From Coniocarpon cinnabarinum (taxonomy: Eukaryota), in the NCBI GenBank assembly GCA_051942205.1, contig JAVECO010000014.1:1-64000 (forward strand): a DNA stretch of 64,000 nt, read 5' to 3'. Numbering within the stretch: position 1 is the first letter of the stretch; each line of letters starts with the position of its first letter. The notes under the pieces were generated by a model, which searched no databases, was not told where the DNA came from, and saw only the letters and a program-made list of their open reading frames with translations. Made by a program: the position numbers and the translations under genes. Positions 36,026-47,720 of the stretch are shown piece by piece.

Positions 36026-37402
36026 ATGCCCTCGCCCTCTCGACATGCACCTCCGGGCTACACCCAAATACGTTACCGCTCCACCCCGATAACACCAGCA
36101 GCAGCAACCACAGCAGCTTCGCCGACTTACTCTCACGTCCCGGCATATGCCTACTCACCTTCTCCCAAGGATCTGCCCCGGGTCCACAGGCGCGCAGCAA
36201 GCTACAACCCACAAACAGCCTACGCATACTCACCGTCGCCCTCGCCGCCCTACTTCACCTCACCTGGATATAGCTCTCCGGGACACTACGTCCCCGTGAC
36301 GGTCACGCCGCTCAAACAGCCGGATTTTGGTGTAAGTGCATCAAAACAACATCATCACTATCAACAGCCACCGCCGCCGCCGCAACCGCAGCAGCAACAC
36401 CAACCAGTGCAGGGCAAAACGCGTCGCACCGCCAATCACGATGGCCGGAAGCAGCGTATAAATCCAGAGCGCACAAGATATACCACCTTTACCACCACCA
36501 CTACCAAGACCAAGGAGTATTCCTCGCGGCCCACTCACGCTGGACGTGATTCCTCCGACGAGGACGAGGGTTATTATTCTCCCGGAAAAGGTCGAAAAGG
36601 CCACTCCCCTCCACCGTCGTCCTACCGTAACACCCGTTGCTACGGTGATTGCGGATATCAGTGTACTGACTGCAATCCTTCTCCTCAGGTCGGCTCCAGT
36701 CGCACACATGGCAAGGAGACTCACAAGAGCAAGTCATCTTCCCGTCCGCGCGCTCATTCCTTCAATACCACGCAGAAGACCACCCCTACCGCTCACAGAC
36801 CACGCGCAAACTCTAACAAGGCCCCGTCGCCACCCAAGGCTACGCCTGCTGATGCGCGAAGGGCTCACATTCCTGCAGGCTTCTCTTACAAAAATTGGGA
36901 TCCGGACGAGGAGCCCATCTTGTTACTGGGCAGCGTCTTCGATGCCAACAGCCTGGGCAAATGGATCTATGACTGGACCGTCTTCCATCATGGTGCTGCC
37001 ACTCCGATGTCGGACCTTGCTGGCGAGCTTTGGCTTCATTTGATCCAGCTCGCGGGCAAGATCAAACGCGCCGAGGAGGGCGTCAACAACGTCGTGGATC
37101 CCCTCGAAAAGGACCTGGTCGAAGAGTTCCTCGACTCTGGTGAGCGCATTTGGAATCGCTTTGGCGCTATCCTCAAGGGTTGTGAGGAATACATGTGGCG
37201 TGCCGCCAGTCGCGAGGCCAAGAAGAAGGGTGGCGACGCGGCTGCCTTCATGGGCGCCAACAGTGGACGTGAGTTTGTCGAGTCCATTTTCGGGCGCGAC
37301 CGAAAGTTGGAGGAGACTGAAAGACTCATGACTGGTATGCGCCTCTGGAGCACGCGATTCGACGCCAATTGCGAAGAGATTCTTCGCTATCCCAGCGGCT
37401 AA
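36026..37402 (+). CDS. conserved fungal protein of unknown function (family often auto-annotated 'vegetative cell wall protein gp1')
   Basis: S/P/Y-rich N-terminus, then conserved domain IPAGFSYKNWDPDEEPILLLGSVFDANSLGKWIYDWTV...GELWLHLIQLAGK...RFDANC. First in-frame ATG is at 36026; the ORF-track start is TTG. Confidence 0.88.
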   Translation: MPSPSRHAPPGYTQIRYRSTPITPAAATTAASPTYSHVPAYAYSPSPKDLPRVHRRAASYNPQTAYAYSPSPSPPYFTSPGYSSPGHYVPVTVTPLKQPDFGVSASKQHHHYQQPPPPPQPQQQHQPVQGKTRRTANHDGRKQRINPERTRYTTFTTTTTKTKEYSSRPTHAGRDSSDEDEGYYSPGKGRKGHSPPPSSYRNTRCYGDCGYQCTDCNPSPQVGSSRTHGKETHKSKSSSRPRAHSFNTTQKTTPTAHRPRANSNKAPSPPKATPADARRAHIPAGFSYKNWDPDEEPILLLGSVFDANSLGKWIYDWTVFHHGAATPMSDLAGELWLHLIQLAGKIKRAEEGVNNVVDPLEKDLVEEFLDSGERIWNRFGAILKGCEEYMWRAASREAKKKGGDAAAFMGANSGREFVESIFGRDRKLEETERLMTGMRLWSTRFDANCEEILRYPSG

Positions 37403-39049
37403 GTATGTTTGATTACATGGTTTGCGGGTTTTGATTGGGCTGCTGGCGTATGTCTCTTTCCTCGATTTTGCCACCCTCACCGGTTTTGCGGTTTCTCCGG
37501 GCTCTTGAGTCATGTTTACCTGGATACGTCCTGGACACGTCCTGGACTGCTGCCTGGAGCTTTGCGCTACGACTTTTTGCTGGCGTTTTCTTGCTTGCGC
37601 ATTCCATCTCACTTCACGTCCAAGCTGTCATGCGTGGCTTGCACTGTTATTACCAGCTTATTCCATTAGGCGAAGTTTCTGGACATTTTTCAAAACTAAT
37701 TTGCCACCTCACCGCACAATTTACACTCTGGATCCGCCGTCCTCCGGATTCCATGGATTGCCGAAGCCATGAGGCCGGCTCGTTGTTCTTTCCTCCAGAC
37801 CAATACCTCCGGATCTCCTTCCGCTGGAAAGTCCGAAAACTCTGGAGATATGGATGATCCCTACAAAGGTTACCTAACAAGCCATGCGCGCCATTGCCGC
37901 GTTTGAGCACCTCCGCACGGCGTTGGGCCGAAACATACTATCTACTCACTAGATCTGGGCGTTTTTTTTTTCCTGCTGCTATTTGGAGACCCGGCACGCC
38001 AGACGTCTGACGACTCTCACGAGTCCCATGTCGAAAGCGACATTCAAAAGTAAAAAAGTTCTTGCTTGTTATAAGCATGTGATAGAGAAACGCGAAGATA
38101 CCCCTGTTCGATTATTGGGAGAGGCTGGGATAGACCTTGCTATTTTATTTTTTTGGTGGCTCTTGCTAAGGCGCTTCAAGGGAGGAATGGGAAGGGTGAG
38201 GCATTTTTTGGGGTTTCTGCGGGGAATGCTTGGGAACTATAGATGGTTTGGTTTTTTGGTCTTGCTGTTTGCTTGTTTGTATGTATGAGTAATTGGTAGG
38301 GAGGGATTGTCTTGCGTTCGTTGCTATAGATTTGATGTTCATTGACTGTGTCATTTTGTGCTCTTTGATCTTATGCTGCAGTTCTTGAATCGTGAAACGC
38401 GCGCGTCGGATATATCAATGATTATCTTCCTCCACGGAATCTATGGGCGTGAAACACGGCAACCTCGTATAAGTGGGTCTTTAGGAGCATTTGACCCGTG
38501 AGGCTCAGCTGGGTTTGTGCATTCTTGCGTCACGAAGATCAAATCATCGCGAATGTGGTTACCTTTTTTCTTTTGGCTCTTTCGCAAAATGGGGCGGATT
38601 ATACTAAGTCGAGATGCTGACACCTGAGTCCTTTTCAGCTGTTCTGTTCGGTCGTGGTTGTCATCGGCCTCATTTTAATGTGCGCCAAGAGCTGTATGTG
38701 AGGGGCGGAGCATGCAGGTACGCTAGCCAATGACGTGGCTTCTTTCTTCTTTCTCCTTTGCTCTCTTCTCTTTTCTCTTCGCATGGTTTGTTCGGTATTC
38801 TTTGAACCTTTCGCGTTTTTCGTTCGTGGGACTGATTGGTGCGTTGCACGCGTCACGTGGATCATGCGAAGATTGAGAGGGTGATGCTGTAAATTTATAT
38901 ACCCAGGGTGGACAGCATTAAGCTGCTGTGACTAGACGTGTGGCCAAGAGATGAGATATCAAATGTTTCATGAAAGTCGCAAGGACACGAGCATCGCAAA
39001 TGGGGACGTTGTGTGGGCCTGTAGCAGGGGATATGTTGGTCTTTGACGG

Positions 39050-40500
39050 TACGTTTGATTGGTTGGGACTTCTTGTGCACTGTGCGACGTGCAATTTGAT
39101 GGTGTTGAATGCGAATGGAGGTGTTCGTGACTGGATGATGATCGTCGGCATCGTGTCGCGTACTCCAAATATGCGATACGTGGTCAAGATGGTAAGTAAA
39201 GTACCAAATTCTCTTATGGGAGATATGGATTCACCCCCTGATTGGCGAGACACTTGTTGCGTGTGCTGTACCAGTGAGATATAGCATGAGATCAACGACG
39301 CAGAACGCGCATGTGCCCATGCAAGGCTTGGATTCACGTGACGTCGACCTCCTGGCCGTTGTACGATGTCGATATCAGGGCATAGCACGTTTCAAACTTG
39401 AAGTTAAAGGAATAGATTTCAAAACGACATCCCGATCACTAGTTTACACCCTTGTGAACGAAGCATACAGGGACACACTGGTTAACACAGGGGCTTCGTG
39501 CGAGATCGGCAGGTTTAAGATGAGCTGGAAATTGGTACATCTCAAAGTGATGTAAAGAAAAGTATGTTAGGCGTGGGCGGTGCATGTGATTATCGCTACT
39601 GATAGTGCTGAAGGATGCAAAATGAAGACACATCTTTGTTTTTAAGACAATACTGCACGCATGATCATCTACATGAGTCTTTTGAGCTCCGGACCCCCTA
39701 GGATCATTTCCCGCATCTACTGCAGAAAAGGCTGAGTACCTTGATTTGCACTCGTGGAGTCATCCTACCGAACTTTATAGCACTGAAGACGGTGACGTTC
39801 AAGCACGGCCTACACTCCGTGCCTGAATGTAAAATGTTAGCTCTGAACACGACCATCATGAAGATAACCGAAATCTTGCGAGCGAAAGAAAAAACGAATC
39901 CATGCCCTGGAGGGGGGGGAGAATTTAAAGACACAGCATCGTCATAGGGGCTTCGTGCGAGCGCAGCACGAACACGAACTCGCACGCCTCAGAGTGATGT
40001 GAGCAGGAAAGCATGATTGCAATGTATGGTGCACGTCATCATCATTTGACATGATGCTGATAAGACAAAAGTACGAACTTTCTTTTCATGGCGCCGCTTG
40101 TAGACAGATCTGAATGAACTCGCCAGTGCCCGCAACCCCTCCAGTCCAAACTTTTCTCGTCCACTCGCACTCGTTGCGGAAATCGGTGCAGAACGCGAGT
40201 TGCGGTCTTGCGGCCTTGCCATAGACCTTTATAGCACTGAAGACGTCGACATTCAAGCACGTGGCACAGATCGTGCCCAATGAGCTTCTCAACAGAGAGA
40301 TATATAAGACACTTTCCTTGCTCGTCCGTAACTCAAGGCGATTGTACGGAGCGGATGGTGCTCGGAATCCAGCGGCAAAAGGGGAATCAAGGTTGGTTGG
40401 GGTTTTTCTGACGCGAGCGGCTTTGATTGACAAAGGTATGTCTGTACGATTGAATCAATTGTTTTTGATGTACATGCTGACTGCCGTCACCGCTAGCATG
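39050..40500 (+). pseudogene. decayed tandem array (~450-bp unit, 3-4 copies) of a former coding sequence
   Basis: GGGGCTTCGTGCGAG at 39490 and 39947; GTG CAY GTS ATY ATC (VHVII) at 39580 and 40029; CTTTATAGCACTGAAGACG blocks at ~39773 and ~40227. Many stops and frameshifts. Clean + strand intron 40436-40496. Confidence 0.6.
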
Positions 40501-43500
40501 TTAAACGTAACAAGCTTACATCAAATACGCATCTTCGAAGACTCAGCTACAATGGTCACAGTACCAACCCCTTGGAAGCTGTTGTGGCATCTGACAACTT
40601 GTCATGGCTGGTCTTCACTCACACTGATGTGTGCAATTCATCCCAGGATATAGTCGACATGCCATTTACCTCAGAGGATTCCAATGTCGTCATTAGGTAG
40701 GATAAGAACTTTTACAATGTGATTTCGTAGCCGAAGCAATAGTGAGCTCGTATCGGATACACTCGAACACATCGGAGGGCTGCAAACGGAGAAGGGGGCT
40801 GTGAGGAAGAAACTTCGAAGCGGATGCCGCAAGTGTCCACGAAACCTGAGAGAATACCGGGATTAGCGATATGATGATGATTTTCAACATCACTGTGTGC
40901 GATCATTAGACATAAACATCCCACAATGCAAGCAATCAGGCGTGGAAACGTTGATATGCAAAAGATGTTTCGCCTCCACTCATCATGACGTCTTGTGTCT
41001 GTTTGCTCCAAGAGCGTGTGAATGGATCTCTAACAAACTTCTTGATTCTGACATTTTTTGAAGTCGAGTTGGCGTCGCATCGTCTAGATTGAACTTAGAC
41101 TCTTGTAGTGTCCCTCATCATACAGCTCCGCGATTCAAAATCTTTAGTCTCAACACGCTGGCAGAACAGCAGTATTGAGATCTGAGAGTGTCCCCAGACG
41201 CTTCAAGGAGTAGGGGCGCTAGAGACTGACTACTGTATCACCAAACCTCGACTTGGTTCTTGGTCATCCTTTTTCTTGACGGAAGAATGATTGTCGTATT
41301 GCATGATGATGTGCATCTTCGCTTACTAGCATTAATACCTGATCGCACCATCATCATATGGTCGCGCAACTTTCCCCTCTAGCAAGAGGAGTGGTTTACC
41401 TGACACCGTGAAGCCTTGTTGATCAATACGACGCTCGCAATTGGCAAGTCAGATGATATGAATAGCTCTGATGACATAAACAACATTTCTGCAGCTCGCT
41501 GCTCCTTTTGAAGCGTGGCCACAAACACGAAGATTTGGCTCTGTGGGTGACGGCTATGACGAAACGAATCCAGAAAGAATCAGAACAGCGGAAACTTAGG
41601 GGTTGCGAATAGACATGAGGACAGCAGGAAAGCTATACCACACCCGAAAGGTTTCGCGCCGATATAGTCTCACAACGAGGGTCAGTGATGTGGTCATGCA
41701 CGTTGACAACGTTTGCAACCTTTCAGATTCTCAAACCTACACGACTCAGGCTTCGGGGGAGGAGCATGTCCCGATTCGATGATTCCCCTACTGAAGCCAT
41801 AAGCATTCAAAAAATTCTCAGAGAGTATGAATGAGTACTCTACACAAGAGGAAGACGCGTCTCTCATAAGTAATCTATATCATCTTTCACTTTGACAATG
41901 ATCAAGGGAGATGGCTGGGGGACGAGGGGGCAAAGTCTAGGATTCCAAAGAGGGAATTCAAACCTGAGATCGGGCGTTGAAGTCTTGCCATTGGCGAGCG
42001 ATGCAATGGGAGTTGACCGTCATCGTTACGAAAAGGATCTCAAGCTATGAACGGCTTGCACCCTCACTTGAAGGTACTGCCAATTTCCAAAGCCCCTCTA
42101 GCCCCAAGAATAATCAGTCAGTTAAAACAGGTCGACGACATGTCCTTATCTCAAATTTCAAACGACTCTTGAGCTTTTTGTACCTGGATGCATGTACGTC
42201 ACGCGCTACTTCATAGAGTCTTCGTCGTATCCAAAAGCAAGATTGCAAGTCTTCAATACTACCTCAGCCTGTGTGAGACCACAAAATTGATACATAGAGC
42301 CAGACGAAGGGGCGATTAACGTAGAGCTGTGAGATTCAAGAGGTTCGGACTCCATGAGCTGTGCTTGCTAGAGTAAGCTGTAACGGTGACGAAGAGAGCA
42401 ACGCGGCGACGAGCATCAGCGTCACGGGTAATATCGCATAAGTGGAAACAGCATGTGGAATGAGATGGAAATCGTCTGTATAATATGCTGCCCCTGTTTA
42501 GGCTCTCGCTATATTGCTTTCTGAGCGCGTCGTACGATTTATCAACAACGCGTCAGTGCAACGTAATGTCGCGCAATTCTCTCTTGAACGGATTGCGAAC
42601 TCGAAGCGGATGGAAATATCATGCTGCACAAATCAGGACAGCAAGTTACTACGCAATGGGCGTCTGCCGAGGGGAACATTTTACTTGCCAGTCTCACCAT
42701 GAGATCCTGGCCTTGATCCGTGATCACCTTCTTTTCCCAAGACACACACGAACGTCGCATTCGCAAAATGATGCTCATCGCCATCTACGAAGTTTGAGAC
42801 GTGGCAACCGACTGAAGAGGCTATCGCTAGATCTTTTGCGCTCTGAAGACGATGTCGTCTGCGAAGACACTTTGTCTGCCCCCTAAAGCTTTTGTTTAAC
42901 AGCTGTTTTGATGCAAAGTCGACAGCCTCTTGCAGCTGCTTTGTTGGAAATTGGCGTCTCTTGTAACGTGATAGGGCATCTAAGTAGGCATCTCACGTGA
43001 TCCTGATGGCTTAGTGAAGCTATTGATTTGACGCACGATCTTCATGTGACAGTGTGGTCATATAAATTTTTCCATAGGTCTTGACTTTTGCTTGAGTAAG
43101 AAATAGGGAGAGTATCTCTTCAGAAGTCCATGTGAATGGACGTCAAGGGAAAGGGACATTTATTTACTTTGGAATCATCTTCTTTTCTGGGTTTGTTGTC
43201 TCCAATCACGACTCAGTGCATTTACCTGAAAGTCCAGTGATGATCGCCAACGTCACATCACGCGAAATCATGGTAAGCCTGTTTAGCCAACGAACACCTG
43301 CCCAAGCCCCTCAGTGTGTGCGGGGCCGCTTCTCTGTCCATCTTGCTCATTTTTTGGCTAATGACTAGAGAGGGGCAGGCGGGGGAAGCGAATATCTACC
43401 TCTGGGAGCGTGTTAGCAAAGTGTTGAGTTTGACACGATCACATGGAAGCCTTTCCCAGAGTCCCAGCGGCTGGTCTTCCTGAATTCTCTTTTAAAGTGC

Positions 43501-44817
43501 ATCGCCAGATTGATGGAAAGGGTACCGCCACATGGCGTCCTCAACCGATGAGGTCAGAATGGGCAAGGGGACGTTTGAAGTCATTGCGCTATCTATAGTC
43601 AGATTCTTCTGGAATTGAAGCCGAAGATGTGACTGAGGGGATTGATAATCGTCATCGTCAAGTCAAGTCTTGTCGCTCGTAAATGCTGACCTTCCCTTGT
43701 AAGCACGTCTAGTAGCGCTCCAAATTTGTTTGCGGACCCCTGTTGCCAATGAGTAGAGGCTTGAGAAGATTTCTGGAGTTTCTTATAAGACCAACTGTCT
43801 CTGCAATACATTTCAAAAGTTCAAGTATTCATTGTAAATCAGCTGACATCAGTGGAATCTTGATAAAGGGCGGTGCAAGACGAATTTCGGAACCGGTCGA
43901 ACCAGCTCCAGTCGAGCACGAGCAGAAGCAATAAGCACAACAACAACAGCTATAGCAGGGGATCATTAAGATTTGTTTGGTGCTACACGTCTTCATACAT
44001 CTGAAGTCAGGAGTCCGCCACCGAAATACCAAAGTTGCTGCATTGCTTCATCACTGCATGACTACCTTCGAACTACGAGACAGACACTGAAGAGGCAGAG
44101 TCGAGCCAAGAAGTCTGCCAAGTAGAGGCTGGCAGATGGGCGACGCTGGCGTGCATCATCGCTGTTGCGCAGTCAACCATCAGATCATTAGCAGTTCCCA
44201 AAATTTCGACTCGCGCCCCTACTCTGGCGTTAGGTCCTCGCTTTTACTTCCAGCAGTCATTTTTGCATAGGTATTCCGCTAGTCTGGCATGATAGTCGAA
44301 AGGCCGTCAGGCTCACATGAATGGGGGCTCCGAAATTCCAAATGATTCGTGGCGTTACTTTGGTGCGTGCAATCTATGAGACATGTTGGGAAATTAATCT
44401 TTCCTCGGAGCGATTCCTTGGAGAAGCCCCTGACGTTTATTTCCTGAACTAGTATATGGTGATGACCGTCCATCTTAATGTCTGTGAAAGGGGGGTTTTT
44501 TTTAACACGTTGTCTATGTGTCTTGCTTCTAAATTCGTTGCTTCTAAGTCGAAGGCTTTCAGATCACTGCCAAGCCTAGCGCTCGTTGATATGTCCCGTC
44601 GTTGTCGCAATCACCTCTTGAGGTATATTCCTGTAGGGAAAATGGCGCAAGCGCCTGCTTGGGCATGTCTTCCAGTGGCCTCAACCTTTACGCGTTACGT
44701 ACACCAGAATGACGACTTACCTTGCTGAACGTCATCTCTGAGCTAGCAGTCTAAGCTACAAATGATCACTAGACAAATCTACCTCTCTACCCCTATGCAG
44801 CGCGTCGCTATCTTCGC

Positions 44818-46182
44818 ATGAGGCAGAAAATTGGCTTACTGCAGCGTTTTCTCCGCCATCAAACTTCCCAGCGTAAAGATGAAGCGGTTGAGGTCGCAGA
44901 AGATGATGACTACAAGTTTGGTATTGAAATCGAATGCTACCTTCGACCAAAGCGCTTCAACGGGGCGCTGATCGATCTCATCACGGAAATCACTTCGCAC
45001 AAAGTTCATCATGAGGATGAAAGCCTGGCGACGTTCGCAGAGAAACTCGTTCATAATTACCGATGGGACATTCGTTGTTTCAACAGTCGATATGCTGGTG
45101 CCATTGACATGCAAAATTATGTCGGTGCGACAAGCTATCCTATAGAAAGATACCAATTCTGGACTCTTGAGAGGGATGTCGATATTGAAATCTCAAGGGC
45201 GCCTCCGTGTATGTGTCAAGACTAGGCCTTTCAGACGTCAAGACGCAGATTGGCCACACTGCTGAGCACTTTCAGATCGGCACACGAACCCTTAAGCCTA
45301 CTCTCAGCTCTCGGAAGCCGTGGCTGACGTCTTCCATAGGGGGCATCGAGATCATTTCGCCAATCCTTAAGCCTTCAACTTGGCGAACAGTGATGGACCC
45401 AACATGGCGTTTCCTAGAAGAGCACTACCAGATAATTACCGATGAAGAATGCGGAACACACGTTCATGTCTCAAAGAAAGGTGGCATCACTGTGGAGGAC
45501 GCAAAGCGTGTTGCAATAGCATGTATTTATTGGGAGCCTGCCTGGCTCGCCATAGTGCCCCGCACCCGCCATGGTAAATCGTCAGTGCAAAGCTTTTGGT
45601 TCGAGAATTTGAATTATGCAGCGGAAGGCGTTTCGCGAGAGCAACTGATTCAGCGCATTCAGGACATCAAGGAGACGGACGCGCCCACGCACGCATTGCA
45701 TAGACTGTCTCGAATGCTGCAGCCGGATGGCTATAAGAATTGGCAGTGGAATTTTGGCAATTTGCTTGGCGACTGTGGGACGATCGAGTGCCGTCTCTGT
45801 CCTGGGAGTGAGTTCGGCTTCTTCTAGCATGATCGAAAACGCAGTCATCGAAGACAGAGCCGATATTGTTATGTGCTAACGTTTCAATACAACAGGTAGC
45901 ACTAGGTTCGATGTCGACACCCACATCGCAATCAACACGTCTTTTGTCTTCGCCGCAATCCAGTCCGAAGACTACAAGCAATGGCCAAGGTGCACCGTAC
46001 GTAACTTGGAAACGTTCATGTTGGGAGTCCAGGGTCGCTTTGAGTACGATGACATCAAGAAGTTCTTTGATGACAAGAGACACCTCAAGACTCAGCTGCC
46101 TGATCTTGCGTACCCATGGCTGTTTTCGCCCGCGGAGATCGAGGTGGCGTATGATACAGCTGCCATTGACGCTGGATGGTGA
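44818..46182 (+). CDS. putative amidoligase (COOH-NH2 ligase, Amidoligase_2-like)
   Basis: Exons 44818-45208, 45340-45807, 45896-46182 join in frame. Motifs FGIEIE, WTLERDVDI, WGIEIISP, CGTHVHVS, WEP, WNFGNL, GTIECR; TGA at 46180-46182. Confidence 0.85.
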
Positions 46183-46729
46183 AGCGCAGTGAAGATAGAG
46201 CAGGCAACTTTCAAGTGTAATGAATTATCCAATCAGCAGTGTTTTCGGAAGAGATTCGATGCGCACATAATCGTGCCAGCCCACTGGTAACTTACTCCGG
46301 GGCCAGGAGAACAGCAAGCCAAGCCTGGAGGGGTCATTCGTGCTTATTTGGCAGACTGCAGTGTGCCTAAACAGGTTTGCAAGAAGACTTCATATATACG
46401 GAATTCATACGGCGAGTATCCATTGCTGACTACCATCACCGTATCGGGCAAAGGCTTAATTTGCATAAGCAGATAGTGTTTCTCATCATAAAGCAGATTT
46501 GTACATGAAGGTCAGACACTTAAACTACTCATCGAAATTTCTTTATGGGCATCGGTGTCAACGCTCACCGCTGTGAAAGCACGCATCCGCGAAATGCGGT
46601 GTCTTATACAATGTAGCTTTGATGATGGCGCGTATATAGATGTGTGACCAGGACTTGGGTCTTCAGACCCTAGATGCGAGATACAACGCTGGAATGAGAG
46701 CATTACTTTCGGGAAGCCCACTTCGAGCT

Positions 46730-47720
46730 GTCAAATTCTCTTGAGGGAACGATGATGCAGACTTTCACTATTCATCAACATCATGTTGAAGAAATGGTGG
46801 CAAAACTCTTGTATGTGGTATAAACCGATGAAAAAAATAGTACAAACATCCCCTCGGTGTTGTTCGATGACGGAGCGAGCTTGGTGTCTCGGCTGCATAC
46901 TGTATAACTCAAGTGCGGTATGTGACTGATTGGAAAAAGTCGCATATATCATCAAAGCTATCGACTTCGTCTGAAGCGACTTGTTTAAGGCTAGCAAGAT
47001 TCAGTCGGATTCGTAAATCGCAATGCAGCGAGGAAGCTCATCAGCTCAAAGATGTGCGGCGACCGCATTAAGGTATAAGCCGTGCTTGAAGAAGTTTGAA
47101 TCAGAGCACACTTTGAGACATGCTTTGCTAAGCATACAGAAATAGGAAGCTAATGTGTTCTTTGAAGCGCATTCGTGTCTAGGTGAGTCTACCATTATCT
47201 TCTGACTTATAGGGTAGTTGTCACGTCGGACACATTCGCAAAGCACCCAAAAGCCTTTTCAAGAGCAGTCCGATCAAGTAGAATTTGCATCAATGCGAAT
47301 AGACGGATCAAGACTAAACTCACCGGGGAGGGGCAACATAAGCTTGTGTCTAGAAACTTTCTTTCTCTTTTTCAAGATGCTGAACGGAAATCGGCAAAGT
47401 TTTGGTAGACGCTGATGCTGCTGATCACCCTGACTATGTACATGTGATATAATAGATCGCATAACTGTTATTCTCGCCTGGAACAATGCGCGCAAAGATC
47501 GGAGGCACTGTCTAGGTCCCCTATGCGCGTTGCAGCAAGCTTTTTTTCTGTTTTCAGCTTTTCAAAGATGCTTTTTAGACAGGTCGCTGTACGATCAATA
47601 GCTTGCGCCAAGATAATCAATCAAAACGCGCTAGATACTTCAAGGCTGTGACGCAGCGCCCCTTTGCTAAATGCAAGCGCCGTGCTATCATAGAGCTGCT
47701 CCTGTGGTGCCTGGGTCTGC
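46730..47720 (-). pseudogene. possible relic of a HeLo-like/STAND N-terminal-domain gene
   Basis: Frame-broken helical peptide ADPGTTGAAL / STALAFSKGALRHSLEVSSAF*LIILAQAIDRTATCLKSIFEKLK...DLC / RLPKLCRFPFS...RHKLMLPL followed by a GTGAGT donor near 47320. Resemblance judged by eye only. Confidence 0.3.

Noticed and set aside
39700..40433. Minus-strand Cys-rich ORFs (CATCLNVDVF / CRPCLNVTVF) suggesting a zinc-finger repeat
   Set aside because: The synonymous substitution pattern between repeat copies supports the + strand frame instead.
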